DNA of 64,000 nt from Leucoraja ocellata (Eukaryota): the NCBI GenBank assembly GCA_036785375.1, contig JAWMAR010000063.1:4340001-4404000 (forward strand), written 5' to 3'. The notes beneath the pieces were generated by a model. The model had not been told where the DNA came from, did no database searches, and saw only the letters and a program-made list of their open reading frames with translations. The position numbers and the translations under genes were made by a program. Each line of letters opens with the position of its first letter. Positions within the stretch are counted from its first letter, which is position 1. Positions 61,473 through 64,000 of this stretch are shown one piece after another.

Positions 61473-62694
61473 GGTCAATCATTTTAAACTGTTTCACATC
61501 ATTAATCCTGTTTTTACCTTTATTGTTTTTCTTCTCATTTGAAATGTAGGAATCGTGCTTTGTTCAGTGAAATGCCTTGTGTAACTAATGGGGTTTTCAC
61601 TGATCAATGAGGCCAAATAGATCACGACGATGCAGCCTTGACATCCTGTTTTGAGTGGTTGATGTATCAGTCTGTCAATATATTTTTTGCCAAATAATTC
61701 CCTGATGTTTGCCTTTCAACCCCCACTCAAACCCTTCCTCAGTTGCACAATGGGCGTGGAACTTGGAGCAAGAACCTAGATATAAAAACAGATTAATGTT
61801 TCCTCGTTTAAAAAATAGTCACGATAGAAGTGGAGTGACAAATAAAGCAAAATACCATTCCCTTCATTGTTTTAACCCGGGAGAAAAAAGAGAAATAATA
61901 ACTTTGGCAATGTGAGTTATGAAACAGTGCTGCAAATCTGAAGATACACCCAACAATGCTGGAAGTACTCAGCAGGTCAGGCAACATCGTGGAGAGAGAG
62001 AAACAGAGCTAATGTTTCAAGTTGATGATTCGGATTTTTGTCACCTGCTGTGTCCAGCATCTTACACTTTCAGCTCTGTTGAATTGGTTTCTCTCTATCT
62101 GCCCTCAATCTTCCAGTCAGAAGCTGCTCGTGGCTGCCTCTCAAACCAGTTGTCTCACCTAGTTGATTTGAGTTTGAGTTGGTGAGTTTAGTTTATTGTC
62201 ATGTGAAAAGCTTTTGTTGCGTGCTAACTATTCAGCGGAAAGACAATACATGATTGTCATCCTTGGTCTCCACCCAATCACAGACATTTCCTTTTCCTTC
62301 TCCATTAATTAAAACATGCTTGTTTGCTCAGTTTTCCAGCTCCTGTGAAGTTATTGATCTGAAACATTAGTTCCATTCTCTCTCCACAGATGCTTGCAGA
62401 ATGTCCCCAAATATATAGTATGTGTTGTTAATTTAGATTTCAGTAACTGCATCTTTTTGCTTTTCAAAGCGAGGGAATGTTCTACTTCGATAACCTTTCA
62501 TCGGTATTTGTAATTCTTTTCTTTCTGCGTTTCAAAACTTATACAACCAGAGGCAGTGAACTCCCAATGTCTCTTCCAAACTAATATCTTGGAAAGCCAA
62601 AACTCTTCAAGAAAACTGTTTTTTTTTATTTTGTTATAGTTCCACTACAATAGAGCAAACACAGGTGGCTCTACCTAAATGTATCTTTACTGTA

Positions 62695-63027
62695 AACTGT
62701 GAAAGGCCTGGATAGAGTGGAGATGGAGTGGACGTTTCCACTAGTGGGAGAGTCTTGTATCAGAGACCATTGCGTCAGAATAAAAGGACATACCTTTAGA
62801 AAAGAGATGAGGAGACATTTCATTACGTGGTGAATTTGTGGAATTCATTGCCACAGAAGGCTGTGGAGGCCAAGTCAATTGATATTCAGAGATTCTTCAT
62901 TAGTACATATGCCAGTGATTATGTGGTGAAGGCAAGAGAATGGGGTTGAGAGGGAAAGGTGGATCAGCTATGATTGAATGGCGAAGTAGACTGCCTAATT
63001 CGGCTACTAACAGATATGAACTTATGA
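62695..63027 (+). mobile_element. CR1/HER1 3' fragment
   Basis: GTGAAAGGCCTGGATAGAGTGGA...GCCACAGAAGGCTGTGGAGGCCAAGTCA, followed by the family tail. Confidence 0.82.
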
Positions 63028-64000
63028 AGTTAAGAAACTTTTATTTTAAGCAATATGGCTAACTCTTTTATTTGCCGGGAAATTTAATTATGACTATCTC
63101 ATGGATAACTATCGGATTGAATACATTTTTAGTCTACAGAACAACGCTGAGTGTTTTGAACTATTCCAAGTAAAATATTCTTGTTCTACAATTAACATAT
63201 GTAAACTAAAACCTATGACTTGTAAAGTATCGCACTAAGCATTGGAATTAATGAGTTGGATAAGCAGAGTAAAATGGTTAATTATGATTTATGCCATGTT
63301 GCCCAAATGCCAGTTCATTTGCTTTAGCTGCTCCATAAATCCCACAACCAGGGTCAAATCAATTATAGCAAATGGAAGTGGAATTCTGATTTGATTGAAA
63401 GTGTGCTTGTTATACAACCGATTAGTGCATTGGTACAACACTGTCACAAGAAGAGAGAACCTTTATCGCCATGCCTCTGCCTTACTTTAGTTGCATTGTT
63501 ATCCTCCCAAACCCAATTGTATAGGAACTGGTGGGTGGTTGGAATGCCAGAGTACATTGGGAAATCAAGTACACTGGACCACAAATAACACGGGGAAGTC
63601 ACATTTAAGTCAATGTGCTGATTCATGGTCTCACTCTGACAGCTGTTGGGAAGGTAGGAAAATAGCTTCAGGTGGATGGATGGTTCACAGATAACTAAAT
63701 TCAATCAGCATGCATTTGGTTGAAGGATATGCCTTTTAACAGTAATTGAATTAATTTACCAAGTAAATATCCTGCTTAATTTTGAGTATCTTTTATCGTT
63801 CAGTTGAAACATTTTTTTTAGTCTTAGAACCTGCCCGCTGAACATTGAAACACAACATTCAGAACTGCATAAACCTGCTTCTGCCTGAGGCCTGAATAGC
63901 AATCTGGCCCTGAGCCAGCGTAAACAAAAATATGTTTTTGTTTTCTTGGTTGGAGAAAATGCAAACTTTTATCCCCTGAATTAAGCACCATCCACCTCTA

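Noticed and set aside
4194-62460. CRISPR-like or other prokaryotic system suggested by recurring short palindromic repeats
   Set aside because: The repeats are dispersed retroelement fragments without regular spacers, no cas or operon-like ORFs exist, and the DNA is vertebrate.

Overview
Vertebrate genomic DNA, most likely from a cartilaginous fish (skate, ray or shark), judged from HE1-type V-SINEs, HER1/CR1 tails and abundant Penelope-like remnants. The only supported host gene is an intronless class III POU gene, POU3F1 (Oct6/SCIP), on the minus strand (CDS 14479-15612). It has a CCAAT-rich CpG promoter, a probably long AU-rich 3' UTR, and a gene-desert neighbourhood with several candidate conserved enhancers. 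The rest is retroelement debris: CR1/HER1, Rex1, L1, RTE and L2 fragments plus HE1 SINEs. Three features stand out. (i) About 20 short Penelope-like (PLE) pieces, most carrying intact or decayed minimal hammerhead-ribozyme cores. Several are self-contained fold-back palindromes with 8-14 bp target-site duplications (TSDs), including a perfect 259-bp inverted repeat that holds a GIY-YIG C-terminus. (ii) Two copies of a ~400-bp non-coding RTE-derived element whose 5' end fits an HDV-like ribozyme fold. (iii) A GC-rich non-coding retroelement whose two copies share a body but end in 3' tails from different LINE clades. There is one 200-N assembly gap. All family assignments come from motif recognition by eye, not database searches, and the boundaries of old repeats are approximate.
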